In this document: one piece after another, positions 1-12,680 of the stretch | Layout: the number at the start of each line of letters is the position of its first letter | Numbering within the stretch: position 1 is the first letter of the stretch | Assembly (NCBI GenBank): GCA_964016885.1 | Contig: OZ024742.1 | Location: 270,878,001 to 270,942,000, forward strand | Origin: Eledone cirrhosa | Lineage: Eukaryota | Length of the DNA stretch: 64,000 bases | Direction of reading: 5' to 3' | Program-made: the position numbers and the translations under genes | Notes under the pieces: model-generated | What the model was told of the DNA's origin: nothing | Databases searched by the model: none | The model's input: only the letters and a program-made list of their open reading frames with translations

Positions 1-3000
1 GGAGTAAGGTCGATCTTCCGGGACATGGACGGTAAGTTGGTGGTCCTGGATGTGAGCAATAGCGAAGGTGGTGCCTTTAGACTGCTGGCCGGGTACACCC
101 CTACTGGAGTCGGACGACCAGACATATTTAGGCCCCTAGAATCCTTTCTGGCTACGTCTCGCCCTTTACTGTTAGCGGGTGACTGGAACGGCATCTTAGA
201 CGCACGATGGGATTGTGTGGGAGTAGCTGGTGTGGACGGTGAAAAAGCCTAAAGCACCTAATCAGCCAATTCCAGGTGTCTTACAGATACCGACTAGATT
301 TCCACAATGCGCCAGTGTGGACGTCGACCGCCGCATAGGGTCATCTAGATCGTATATAGATAGGATCTTCAATAGGAAAATTGATAGAAAAGTGTAGGCT
401 GCCCATTTGCTTAAATGGTCGCCTATTCAGATCATAAATTTGTGATCTGAATAGTCGACCTAGATAATACGCGTAGGTTACGACCTGCTTATTGGAAGCT
501 GAACAAGTCATTTCCGGCACGTAAGTCTTACAGGGACCGAGTCAACAATTTAGTTAAGCAAAAGTTGACACGGAGGATCTTCAATAACAGATGGTGGTGG
601 TGGTGGTGTGTGTATGTGGGGGGGGGGGGCTTCTCAAAAGGCAGATATAGAGTAACTTCGATAGGGTTTAGCAAAGAAGTAGCGCTAGAGAAAAATAGAA
701 AGTGGGGGAGCTGGTGATAAGTTAGACGAGGCTATTTATAATGGCATTACAATGGACGTACTAGCGGGGAGAATGGCGATAGACCATTTTTTCAATGCGA
801 AACACGAAGGTTACATTGTCAGAGCTAAGGCATGTGCGCTGAAAGACGAGGGAACCAAAGCTGTTCGATGGGCCCGCGTAGCAAACGCGCTGCATGGTAA
901 TAAAACCACAATTCGGTCTTTAGTGTACCGAGACGGACACCAGGTAAGCGATTCCAAGCAGAAGTGTGAGGCCATTCGCCTGCACTTTGCTCGGATGTTC
1001 GGCGAAAGTGGCGGGTCAGATACAATAGAGGACTACAGTCCCTACCTTGACGGCTTGCCGGGCATTTCGACGGTTGACGCGGAGAGCTGCGAAAGGACGA
1101 TTACTTCAGCCGAAATTCAGGATGCCCTTGTCGGCAGCATGAAGCGCAAATCACCAGGTTTGGATGTCCTGCCCTACAAGCTTTACGTAAATATGCCAGG
1201 CTTGTTCTCCGATCTCCTCGAATCACTCTACTGCAACTGGCAGGAGAATGGAAGTATTCCCAGTTCTGTGTGCGGGGGAGTCCTGACGCTGATAAGGAAA
1301 AACTAGAACAAGATGGATACATTAGACAACTTCACGCCCATAACTCTGCTCAACACAGAGTTTAAGATATTGGCCAAGGGTTAGCAAAGAGATTGGAGCT
1401 TGTGGTCGAGGATTTGGTTGGGGAGGCGCAAACTTGCGCAATCCCAGCATGGTCCATACACAATAACCTTCGCCACATGCGATACACCATTTAGTGGGTT
1501 GGGTGTAAACCTGGCTTCGGTGGGGCACTGATCAATTTATATCAATCAAAAGCCCATACCGTCCAACAGGGTCGTGGGGCGCTGGACGGACGGACGGGTA
1601 AAGTTGCTCGGGGTTTGGTTTGGACCAGACCTCCAGGTGGAAAAGAATTGGGACGAGGTAACGAGCAGAGTAGCCAGTCTCACCCAAAAATGGGCTGGGA
1701 GGAAGCTATCACTGAAAGGTCGCGCGGAGGTGGCGAATGCGTACATCGCGTCCGTCATCTACTACCGCCGTACCGTCGTGCCATGTCCCCGTCCGCGCCT
1801 TGTCAAGCTGGAACGGCTCCTCTTCAAATTCTTGTGGAGGGGACATGTTCCGTTGGTGAGGCGGTCCATCTGCTGCCAGCACCCTCTACGCGGAGGGCTG
1901 GGCACGCCGGGGATAATGATGCGCAGACATGCGTTGAGGCTGCGACATCTCCAGATATTCAGCCTCAACGGTGAACAGGTGTGGTCGCCGTTTATCAGAC
2001 GGACCTTTCCGCAGCTCATTTCTTTGACTGAGCTGCAGTCCTGGGTCAAGAAGAGACCGAGACTGGGTGACTGGCACCTGGAAAGTTGCCAGGCACTCAC
2101 TGCCCTCTACCAAGCGGGCAATGCGATCAGTGGAACTTCCACTCTCGAGTTCTATAGAGGATTAGTGGTGGGCAAGTGCGATGACGCACTCGGAGAAGCT
2201 TTGGCCTCGACGAAGTCGAACTGACCAGTCTGTACCAAAGGACTTTTGAGCCGAGGACGATGGACAATTTCCAGAAATCCCTCGCTTGGTAGTTGTACCG
2301 GGTGGCACTGCCGGTTCTGGATAAGCTCTACAGGCACGGAAGTGCTGTCAGACGGACCTGCACAGGATGCGCACAGATCGACGAAACCGTTCTGCACGCA
2401 CTTGTCCAATGTCCGTGCATTACTAACTTGTGGAGTTATGTCGAACAGCTACTGTCGCGTGTAGAACGAATCCAATTATCGGCCGAGTCCATAGTGAAGA
2501 TCGATTCACCGCCTTCCTTAGGTCAGGAAGAGCAGGAAATGTTCCTCTGTTTGGTGGCAGTTGCGAAAGAGATTATATGGTGGACCAGGTTGAAAGGACT
2601 AAAGACATACACTTTTCTCTTCGGCCAATCCCTCATCAACTTCTTCAAGTTTCACCTGGAAAGGAAGGTGAGGGTGGAGAGAGAAGTTCTTCCCCCCAGT
2701 ACATTTGCTAAAAGGTGGGTGAATGTGGCGAGAATGGCTCGTGTGAATAGGCCTACTCTGACCATGCGCCTATAGGCTGGCTAACTTGAGGAGAGGGGTG
2801 CTCTCCCTGGGTGCCCTAGAAGCGCAGGGTGGTTCAGGATTGGTGGGGTACCCGAATCACCCCAGGGTCGTCCACCCCCTATCGGGCAATTTTTTTTGTT
2901 ATATTTATGCATAGTTTATTTTATATGTTTATATTTTCATTGTTAAATTAGTCTTGCCATTGTGCACTTTTACTCGACCTTATTGTAAACTTCCACTGTC

Positions 3001-3053
3001 CCTGTTTTTGTATTGTCCCCTACATGTCGGCCCTTGTGGGTAATAAATGAAAT

Positions 3054-3087
<34 letters not shown>

Positions 3088-3095
3088 ATTATTAT
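1..3095 (+). mobile_element. Tx1-clade (L1-like) non-LTR retrotransposon, ORF2 pseudogene plus 3' UTR and (ATT)n tail; 5' end outside window
   Basis: APE endonuclease remnants (LLAGDWNGILD; SDHK at ~427; YWKLN at ~490), RT N-terminal motifs (KSPGLDVLP; NFTPITLLNTEFKILAK), post-RT region (LSLKGRAEVANAYIAS) and C-terminal CxxC..ETxxHALVQC. Many stops and frameshifts; the RT core with YxDD is deleted near 1550. Confidence 0.92.
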
Positions 3096-4100
3096 TTTGC
3101 GTATTATTACTTATATTCTTTATAGGGGAACTTGTATTATTTAATTTTTAATATTTAATTGGAAGGAATTGATTTTCTTTTTATTAGTCATTTCCGTATA
3201 TTCGACTATTTTTGGGGTTGTCGAAAAAGTTAATTTCACATTTTTTTCTATTTATTACCGTATAATATATGTGGTTCGGAGGGAAATTGTTTCCACTATA
3301 CCAAAGTCTATCTCAGCCATATTAGATGAAACTAGAATTCCAATTGGAGGATAATATCAGATGCATTTTTCTCCTTCTTAATTTCTGCCCTATATCATAG
3401 TTATTCGATGTATTGTTCAACATGCTGTTTATGCTATTGCTCACTTTAACAGGTGAGTTTAGTATTGAATAGTTGGTTTGGTCGATTTACTATTTTTGTT
3501 CATTGCATTTTTATTTTAATATTATCATTACATTTTTATTTTTAAGTATGAAACTATCGTTATTTTGAGATGTACATTAATATGTTAACATTTTATATAC
3601 TCTATCATCTGTAACATATTTCATTCATGCCTTGCAACTTGATCTATATAATGTGTCATTATAGCAATTTGTATTTTCATTAAACACATCGTATTCGCCG
3701 ATAGGTTTGTTATTCTCTTTGAGATATTGCTTACTATTGCTTTCTTAGTTGTGTTAGACTGATTAAAATGGTTCTGGACATAATAAAAAAATCTCACCGA
3801 GTTTATGGTTAAGCAGGAAAGTATGATTATTTAAATCTAGACTAACATCTAAGAAATTGAAACTTCAACATTATTTTCAAAAGTAACACTTTGATCATAT
3901 TCCTTAAAAAATTGTATATGTTTTCATACTCTGAATAAAACTGAAATGGTGTATTTATCAACGGTAAATATATCATCATCTCGCTATAATCCTCCTCCCA
4001 TAGCAAGAAATAATTGTTTGGTAATATATGTTTATGAATATATATCTATAAATATGTATATATATCTATATATATATATATATACATACATATATATATA

Positions 4101-4167
<67 letters not shown>

Positions 4168-4193
4168 TGTAATGAACAACATAAGATAATTAT

Positions 4194-4257
4194 TTCATTT
4201 ACCAGTGATTTCTTGAAAGAAGCAGATGCTAGATCTGTTTTCAGTCGTCAGAATGAA
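4194..4257 (-). ncRNA. Type I hammerhead ribozyme
   Basis: Minus strand: ttcatt-CTGACGA-[ctgaaaacagat..atctgcttctttcaa]-GAAA-tcactg-GTA-aatgaa. 6-bp stem I, GUA cleavage triplet. Confidence 0.8.
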
Positions 4258-4693
4258 TAAAAAACATGGGGTTTTTATTAAATATGGATTTGAAAACAAA
4301 ATTTAAGAAATATGAATGTGAGGCTGAGAAAAAAACGTGTGAAGAAGAAGAGGGGTAAAGAGGGGAAAAGAGGGGTAAAAGAATATAAATAAATATATAT
4401 ATATACATAAACCATACATATCCAGAACATTAACATACGGGCATATACTTAAAAAGTACGTAGACGTATACTTTTTCACATAAGCATATATGCGTCTACA
4501 GACAGAGATATAGATACATACACATACATATACATGAAATAATAAGAACAAATAGATAAATGAATAAGAACAAAAAATACAAAGTCAAAAACTAAATAAA
4601 GACAAAAGGATACGTGTTGACAACGATAAGTAAGAAGGGGAGAAAAAATAAAAACAACTTAAAAATAAACAAATACACGAGATTTACATATAC

Positions 4694-4906
<213 letters not shown>

Positions 4907-5098
4907 TATACATAGATATATAGATATATAAATATATACATAGATATATATATATATAAATATATACATAGATATATATATATACACATATATATACACA
5001 TACATACATACACACGCACACACACATAATCATGCATAAATACACATACACACGTAAAAAAACACATACACATAAATATGTGTATATATATATATACA

Positions 5099-5181
<83 letters not shown>

Positions 5182-5233
5182 AGTTAAATAAAAAGTCAAA
5201 TGTTTAAAATTTAAAATTTAGCCTCGTTTATTG

Positions 5234-5286
5234 CTGCTATATATATTTCAGTGACAGCCATCTTTGGCTGTGACCTCTTCAGGCAG
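5234..5286 (-). ncRNA. Type I hammerhead ribozyme (minimal palindromic stem III)
   Basis: Minus strand: ctgc-CTGAAGA-ggtcacagcc aaagat ggctgtcact-GAAA-tatata-TA-gcag. Confidence 0.8.
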
Positions 5287-5468
5287 TCCGAATTAGTGTG
5301 GTATAGACAAGTACATATGTTGTTGAGGTGTATCATATTGTCAATACTCTGATATGCCCAGTTCCTGGTTGGGTTGTTATTTCACTGAGGAACTGGAAGA
5401 ATCATATACACACCCACCAACTTTATCCTATATATATATATTTATATATATATATATACGTATATATA

Positions 5469-5552
<84 letters not shown>

Positions 5553-5825
5553 CAAAAACATATAAAATAAATATGCGAGCACATTCACATACACATACTC
5601 ACGCATACACACTAATATATGCGTAAACACATACATGTAACCTTATAAAAATATAAAATAAACATAAATAAACACACACACACATATATATAAAGAAACA
5701 CATACACACATATATATATACACACACACACGTACATACACACACACACACATATTTTTATATATATATATATATATATATACATACATAGATACACATA
5801 CACACATATATATTTATATATATAT

Positions 5826-5891
<66 letters not shown>

Positions 5892-6171
5892 GCACGCATA
5901 CACACACACACATACACACGTAAACACACACATACATTTAAAAAATCAAAATACTATAAATGTATGTACACATAAACCTGTCTGCATATGCGCCGGCGCA
6001 CAACCATATGTGTGTACTTTAAAAAACCTAGTGGCTATGTAATCAGAAAAGGGGAGTAAAATTGAAATAAAATAATAAACACAATTATTAAGAAAAGGTA
6101 AGGGAAAACATATTGTAATAGGTTTGTTCTGAGATTTAGATAAGAGTATCTGGTTAAAAAGTGAAAGTATA

Positions 6172-6212
6172 CGGTGCTGACGATAGCTAATAAGCTTGAA
6201 ACTAGTACATCG
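6172..6212 (+). ncRNA. Type I hammerhead ribozyme
   Basis: cggtg-CTGACGA-tagc taataa gctt-GAAAC-ta-GTA-catcg; predicted cleavage after A6207. Confidence 0.85.
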
Positions 6213-6606
6213 TTCCTTTGCCAGTGTTGAACAAAAGGGCAACGATGGTTGCGAAACACTGTACGGCTTAATTCGGGATGTTTGTTTACAAACAAACCGA
6301 GCATTATATAAATATTCGGCAAATCCATACGTACATATATATATGTGTGCATGTATGTATATATATAAATATTGTATACATGTACGTCTGTATACATATA
6401 TATATGTACGTATACATACTTATATTTAAGAACAGCCGTACTAAGAGTGAGAGACAAATTAAATTTCGTTTCATTTTGTCCATTTATCAATTTCGGTGCG
6501 CCCGGCCGATTATCTCACTTGATATGCAAATTAGGCTGCTCAGCCGTTAATATGCATAAGGAAAGTATATACATTCAGACGTTCAATCTTCTGGCAGGAA
6601 AGTATA

Positions 6607-6647
6607 CGGTGCTGACGATAGCTAATAAGCTTGAAACTAGTACATCG
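6607..6647 (+). ncRNA. Type I hammerhead ribozyme
   Basis: Identical to 6172-6212; predicted cleavage after A6642; stem I extended by ctggca/tgccag. Confidence 0.85.
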
Positions 6648-6788
6648 TTCATTTGCCAGTGTTGAACAAAAGGGCAACGATGGTTGCTAAACACTGTACG
6701 GCTTAATTCGGGATGTTTGTTTACAAACACACCGAGCATTATAAAAATGTTCGGTAAATCCATACGTACATATATATATGTGTGCATG

Positions 6789-6820
<32 letters not shown>

Positions 6821-6934
6821 CTGTATACATGTACGTCTGTATACATATATATAAATACGTATACATACTTATATTTAAGTAACAGACGTACTGAGAGTGA
6901 GTGAGAAATGGAATTTCGTTTCATTTTTTCCTTT

Positions 6935-6977
<43 letters not shown>

Positions 6978-7140
6978 GATAACAAAACATCGTTATAGGT
7001 AATACAGTTAGAGGTAGTGAATACTTATTATTATGGATAGTTCTAGCGTACGGCATTGTTTGAATCAACAAGAGGTTTACGTAGACGACAAGTTTATGAT
7101 TTCACTTGTATTCCTATGTAAGTTTATCTTGGAGTAAGAA

Positions 7141-8451
7141 AATTGATAAAGTGATGAATAACATGGTCAACACTACAAAAAAAGGGATTTATTTATAGTC
7201 TAACAATTGTTTCTCTGATTAAGTTGTCTAAAAATTGCTGAACACTAGAAGCAGTGCCAATCAATTTCAAATACGATGTTAGCTCACTCAGTTCATCAGA
7301 AACTGTTACAAAATATATATATAACCGGCAAATTTACAAATTCAAATTACATCATTAATAATAAAGATAGAGAGTGAACAAAGAAAGAAAGGGATATAGA
7401 TAAAGAAAAGAAAGAAAGAAAAATAAACAAAAATAAAAGAAAATGAAAAAGAGAAAGAAGAAGAAAATGGAGAAGTGAATACAGAGAAAAATATAGAGAG
7501 AAGAAAATATATGGATAACTGATGATTTAAAGAGGAGACACATGCCTAAGGAGAAATAACTGTTTCTACTATTGGCACAAGGCCAGAAATTACCCAGTAC
7601 ATTACTGGTACTTTATTTTATCGACCCCGTAAGGATGAAAGGCAAAGTCAACCTCGGCGGGATTTGAACTCAGATCGTAAAGGGACGTAACTATGCTGGA
7701 AAGCATGGCGTCCGACCCTCTACCGACCCCGTAAGGATGAAAGGCAAAGTCAACCTCGGCGGGATTTGAACTCAGATCGTAAAGGGACGTAACTATGCTG
7801 GAAAGCATGGCGTCCGACCCTCTACCGATACTGCCAATCCACTGCCTAAGGAGAAATAACGTAGGAGATAAAGAGCAATAGAGGGAAAATGATATCAACA
7901 ATAAATGAATAAACGTTAGTACATGAATAAATGTAAATAAAAAATAAATAAATAAGTAAATAAATAAATAGATAACTTACATCTCATATGATATAAAATG
8001 GTATAAAATGTGAAAAATGAAAAACGAAAATATGAAAATAAATAAGTAAAAATATATAAAATGTGTGAAGAAAATTTAAACATTAAGATTATTGAGAGTG
8101 GTTTTTGAATGTGGCTAAAATAGATAGAGATACGAAGGTGTAAATATGATAATGTTAAATATATTTATGTGTGTATTGGTTATTTCAATAAATAAATTAA
8201 TTAATAAGTTGTAAGTTATATTATATGATAAAATAAAATGCCAGAGATGAAATAAATTAAGGGCGAGAAATATAGAGATATAGAGTAATATGTTCTGATG
8301 ATCTGATTGGGCTAACATCGTATTTGAAATTGAGTGGCACTGCTTCTAGTATTCAGCAATTTTTAGACAACTTTATTAGAGAAACAATTGTTAGACTAAA
8401 TAAATCCTCTTTTTGGTACCGTTGACCATGTTATTCTTCACATTTTCAATT
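7141..8451. mobile_element. Non-coding element with ~160-bp inverted arms, each carrying a hammerhead (inverted pLTR-like)
   Basis: 7141-7300 is the reverse complement of ~8293-8451. HHR on minus strand 7197-7304 (agttt-CTGATGA..GAAAC-aatt-GTT-agact) and on plus strand 8291-8397. Confidence 0.8.
7561..7842 (-). mobile_element. tRNA-headed SINE (family A) with internal ~100-bp tandem duplication
   Basis: 18-bp TSD tgcctaaggagaaataac at 7543-7560 and 7843-7860; B-box-like GAGTTCAAATCC on the minus strand; same family as 27500, 30110, 47382, 59709. Confidence 0.9.
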
Positions 8452-8464
8452 ATATATATATTTA

Positions 8465-8643
8465 TAGGAAAATGTTCAAGACACCGACGGCAGAGCGCAA
8501 GCCGTTTCGACGGCTATTTCGAAACGGTTTGAGCTCTGCCGTCAGGGTCTTGAACATTTTCCTATTACCCACTATACTACCCAAAGTATTGAGTACTCTG
8601 GTGCGTTATGGTCCACCTGGTTCCTTACCACACTTCCTTCGTT
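8465..8643 (+). repeat. ~180-bp hairpin-plus-tail dispersed element (family H), copy 1
   Basis: Hairpin 8465-8564 followed by conserved tail attacccac..ggtgcgttatggtcca.ctggttccttac; flanked by TA tracts. Confidence 0.85.
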
Positions 8644-8659
8644 TTATATATATATATAA

Positions 8660-10355
8660 TGAAAAATTGAACGGGAACAAAACAGAGAGGCAGTACAACA
8701 AATGTTTATTAATTTCACGCTCTTGAGAGTGGGGTGGTGGTGGGGAACGACATTTCGGGCATAAGCCCTTCTTCAGGTGAAAAGTGTGTGGGAAGAGAGT
8801 TCAAAAAGTGTGTAGGGGAGTGGTGGAGAGATATATAGCAAAAGGGGTGAGAGGAAACGGTGCAAATGAAATTAAAAATAAAGGCATGATCAACAATAAA
8901 ATTAAAATGGGGTAAAACAGGTGGTGGAAGGGTGTGGGGCGTGTAGGCGTGTAGGCGTGGCGGCGGGTGGAGTGGGGAGAGGGAGACGGGGTGTCCAAGC
9001 GGGGAGGGCTGAAGGTGGTGTGTGTGTGTGTGTGTGTGTATGTGAAAGCAAGGGTTGGGGGAAGAACGGGGTTGCATGTTCAGGAAGAGGTTTGTGTGTG
9101 TGGGGTGCAGGTCGGAGTGTGTGTGCGTGTGTGGATAGAGGGGTGGGGGGAGAGGAATCCGGAGGCTGAATGTGTAAATATGTGGTGGTACGCACGTGTG
9201 TGTGTGGTGTTTAAGCGTGTTGTAGGTGTAGGTGGCGTGTGAGAAAAAAAATGTTTGTGTGTGTGTGGGGGAGAGTCATAAAGGTGATTCCGTAAGAAGA
9301 TATGGTGGGATGCTTAGTCAAATCCTTGGATGTGGTTGATTCCGGGATCAAGGTTCACATACGTATAATCCGTGAAGAGATTGGTCGGAAGAGGGGAGAT
9401 GTGGGGTGCGCGCGCAACCGGAAGTGGTCAAGGCAGGAAGAGTGTGGAGTGTCTGTGGCCAGAGGGCATAGCAGCAGTAGGGTAAAAAGGTGAGTGAAGG
9501 TGTGTTGTGTGTCTGTGTGTGCGGGGAGGTGGTCAGAAGGCATAGCAGCAGTAGGGTAGAATGGTAAGGGGGAGAGGATGGGTAGGTGTGGAAGTTGGAG
9601 TGAGGAGGGTGTGTGTGTGTATTAGTAGAGGTGTTAGTGGGATCAGTGAGTGTTTGAGAAAGGGTGTGGGTGGAGCGGGGAGAGAAGGGTGTGGGGGGTC
9701 GATGGAGGGAGTGTGGTGTACTGGTGTGTGTGTTTGGTGAAGGGGTGTTAGTGGGTGTTAGTATACCGGAGGTGGAGAAAGGGTTGAATGCGGGTGTGAA
9801 TGGGGGTCAGTGGTGGTAGGGTGTGTAGAGTGGGTGGTGTAAGAGGGTGTGTGTGTACGTGTGCGTAGGGTTGGAGGGTGTTAGTGATGTTAGTTGCGTG
9901 TAGGGTGGGTGGTGTAAGTGGGTGTGTGTGTTCGTGTGCTTGGGGTCAGGGGGTGTTAGTGATGTTAGTTGTGGGGTGGTGGGGTGGATGTGTGGGGGTG
10001 AGGGTTAGTGGTGGTAGTAGGGTGTGTGTTTAGTGTGAGCGCGTGTATATATGTGCCGGTGGGTGTGTGCGTGTGATAAGGAGGAGGGAGGAGAAGAAGG
10101 GAGGGATGTTAGTATGTTAGTTGGGGAAGGGTGGTCGGATGTGGGGTTAAGTGGAGGTGTTAGTATTATTAGTTGTGGGGTGGGCGGTGAAAAGGAGGGG
10201 TGTGTTAGTGGTGTTAGTGGGGGATATGTGTGGGTGCAGGGGGGCGGTCGCAGCCCAAAGGAATAAGGGTGGGAGTTCAGGCCGGGGGGGAGTGTGGGTC
10301 TGTAAGATGAAGATGGTTCGTTGTTCAACTCTTAGGAGATTGGCGGGTGTTCCGT

Positions 10356-10358
<3 letters not shown>
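8660..10358 (-). mobile_element. GT-rich degenerate repeat with a terminal hammerhead, probable PLE-derived remnant
   Basis: Minus-strand HHR core at 8747-8778 (CTGAAGA-agggc ttat gccc-GAAA-tg-TC; only a 2-bp stem I). Bounded by TA tracts; interior is low-complexity GGT/GT. Confidence 0.45.
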
Positions 10359-10392
<34 letters not shown>

Positions 10393-11996
10393 TGACATCA
10401 ACATATCCCTGGATCAATTGGTTTCACAGTAAGTAAAATCAGGGAAATATGCAAGCTTATATCAGTCTTCGCATATAGATAAATATTACAGGTGAGACTG
10501 TTGTTACACCGATTAAGAGCTCTTATACCCGATAAGGTTTTACAATACAACTAATGAATTTGTTAGTTTATATATTATATTCGTTTATTCAAATTATACT
10601 ATATAATAGTTTTCATTCCAATTCTATGTCTTCCCTCTCATCTACTCACATCACGTCAAAATGTTGATGCACCTCATATTGCATTATTATTTTCAGGCCA
10701 ATCATGAAGGATTTCATACGTCTTTCGTTCGCAAAAGAAATATCGTGAAATGCTTGTATTATGTACGCTGGATTCATTCCCATGTTACAGAAGAAACAAA
10801 CTGTTTATTGTTATATGTGTAGCATGTTAAATTATTAGCTACTGCGGATCCTTTACCAATTTGGTATATATGTTTATTCTCGTTTACTATAGAGTGTATT
10901 CATCATACAAGAACTGGATTGGCATAAAGCGATATATATATATATAATATATATAATGTATGCCTGTATATATTCCACATAGATTTAAACATGATGACAT
11001 ATAGCTAGCATTATTCAAAGAAAGGTGATCATTTTGGTAGTGAATACATCTCTGGGATAAAATAGATTTGTTTAGGCACCCCATATAATTCTCTGTGTAA
11101 CTTGCCTCTTCTCTCTATCATTGGCTTTGTCAAATACATCACCTACTTTATTGGAAAATAAGTGTTTTCGTGCGCACAATAAACTCTTTTGTCAGACACA
11201 ACGCTGAATGAGATATACATATTTTAATTTTTTCTAAAAATATTCTCATTTTACAGATTCATAAATTTAGTAATTATACACTTTCAACTGTTCCAGCCCA
11301 TATATGTTTACTATGTCCTGTGTATCATCCTACGAGAATCAAGTTTTATATACGGAGAAATTCATGAAACATTAGGATTATACTGCATTTAAAGGAATGT
11401 TTGTGGTAGTGTAATATTTTGTACAGTGCTGTTGAACCATAGATACCTTATTCATAAATAAGATATTTTGCCTGATGCTATACATCACAATACTTTATAT
11501 ATATAATATTCTCACTAGATTAAATAATATTTAACCAATACCCTCTTTCGGATCAACACCACAAGAATCCGACAAAGCAACCGATAAAAATAAAACGTTG
11601 GTTTAGGGCATAAAGACAAAGTAATATATACGCGAACTGTAACGCTTGAAGTAGTGTAACAAGCACGTAGCTTCGTTGCAGTCGTTGGGATAACCCCCCC
11701 CCCCCACACACACACACACACACCCCAAGAGCCCATGTAACAGAGAGGATTTAACCTGTGAGTACAAATAGCTGGAAGCGAATATCACTATGCATTATTT
11801 TTGATGTTACCACGAATGTACCAATTCCTCTCGCAAAGCGTATTAAATTTCGTACAACACAAATCTATACGTGAACAACTAAATATCATACAGTTAAATA
11901 AGTTGACTTACATTAACCACTGTATTCTGTACGATATTGCTTTTGATAAAACACCAAATAGTGCTAGAGGAAGTTAATGAGCGCCATTTTACGATA

Positions 11997-12027
<31 letters not shown>

Positions 12028-12028
<1 letters not shown>

Positions 12029-12224
12029 ACGAATGAAATGTGCTAAGAAACCAGATGGGCCATAACGCACTAAAGTACTCAATACTTAGGGTAGTAGAGT
12101 GGGTAATAAGAACAAGTAGGACCACGACGGCTGAGCTCAAGCCGTTGCGACGGCTAATTCTGGACGTCCAGAATTAGCCGTCGAAACGGCTTGAGTTCAG
12201 CCGTCGGGGTCCTACTTGTTCCTA
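12028..12224 (-). repeat. Family H element, copy 2
   Basis: Near-perfect ~114-nt hairpin at 12109-12222 plus the same tail in reverse orientation; TA tracts on both sides. Confidence 0.85.
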
Positions 12225-12225
12225 C

Positions 12226-12279
<54 letters not shown>

Positions 12280-12680
12280 TTTAGAAATAAGCCCAAAACG
12301 ACTAACTATATCATATTTTAATATACAGGCGTTTCTCCCTTAATATCAAGAATTTAGTATTATGACTCATCAGAATTTCATAAGATTTAGCTGCCTTAAA
12401 CAGGACATCATGTTGAAAAATATATCATAACGGCGTTGTTGTGTATACATTTAAAAATACTGCTGCATCCTAGCAGGAAGTAGTACTTAGCACAAGTGAC
12501 TCTGCTGACGTTTTTCATTGAAACGAATAAATATGCATTATATGAATATTATAACAGAATTGAAATTATAATGAAAAAAAATTATAAATAGTTTTCTTTT
12601 TTCACAATAAATAGAGTATAACCATTAAAGGTTTCAAGAAAGAGAATAGGTTTCACATGATGAATCATAATTCATATCTA

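Larger units (their letters stand above)
6163..6935 (+). mobile_element. Tandem (about 1.8 copies, 435-bp period) hammerhead-containing non-autonomous repeat, retrozyme-like
   Basis: Direct repeat with identical HHRs at 6172-6212 and 6607-6647; homologous copies at ~21075-21345 and ~27751-28275. Confidence 0.85.

Noticed and set aside
6163-6935. CRISPR-like repeat-spacer array
   Set aside because: The whole unit is repeated with no unique spacers, there are no cas genes, and the context is eukaryotic.
12325-12378. Minus-strand CTGATGA..GAAACGCC
   Set aside because: No convincing stem I or stem II, and no NUH triplet.
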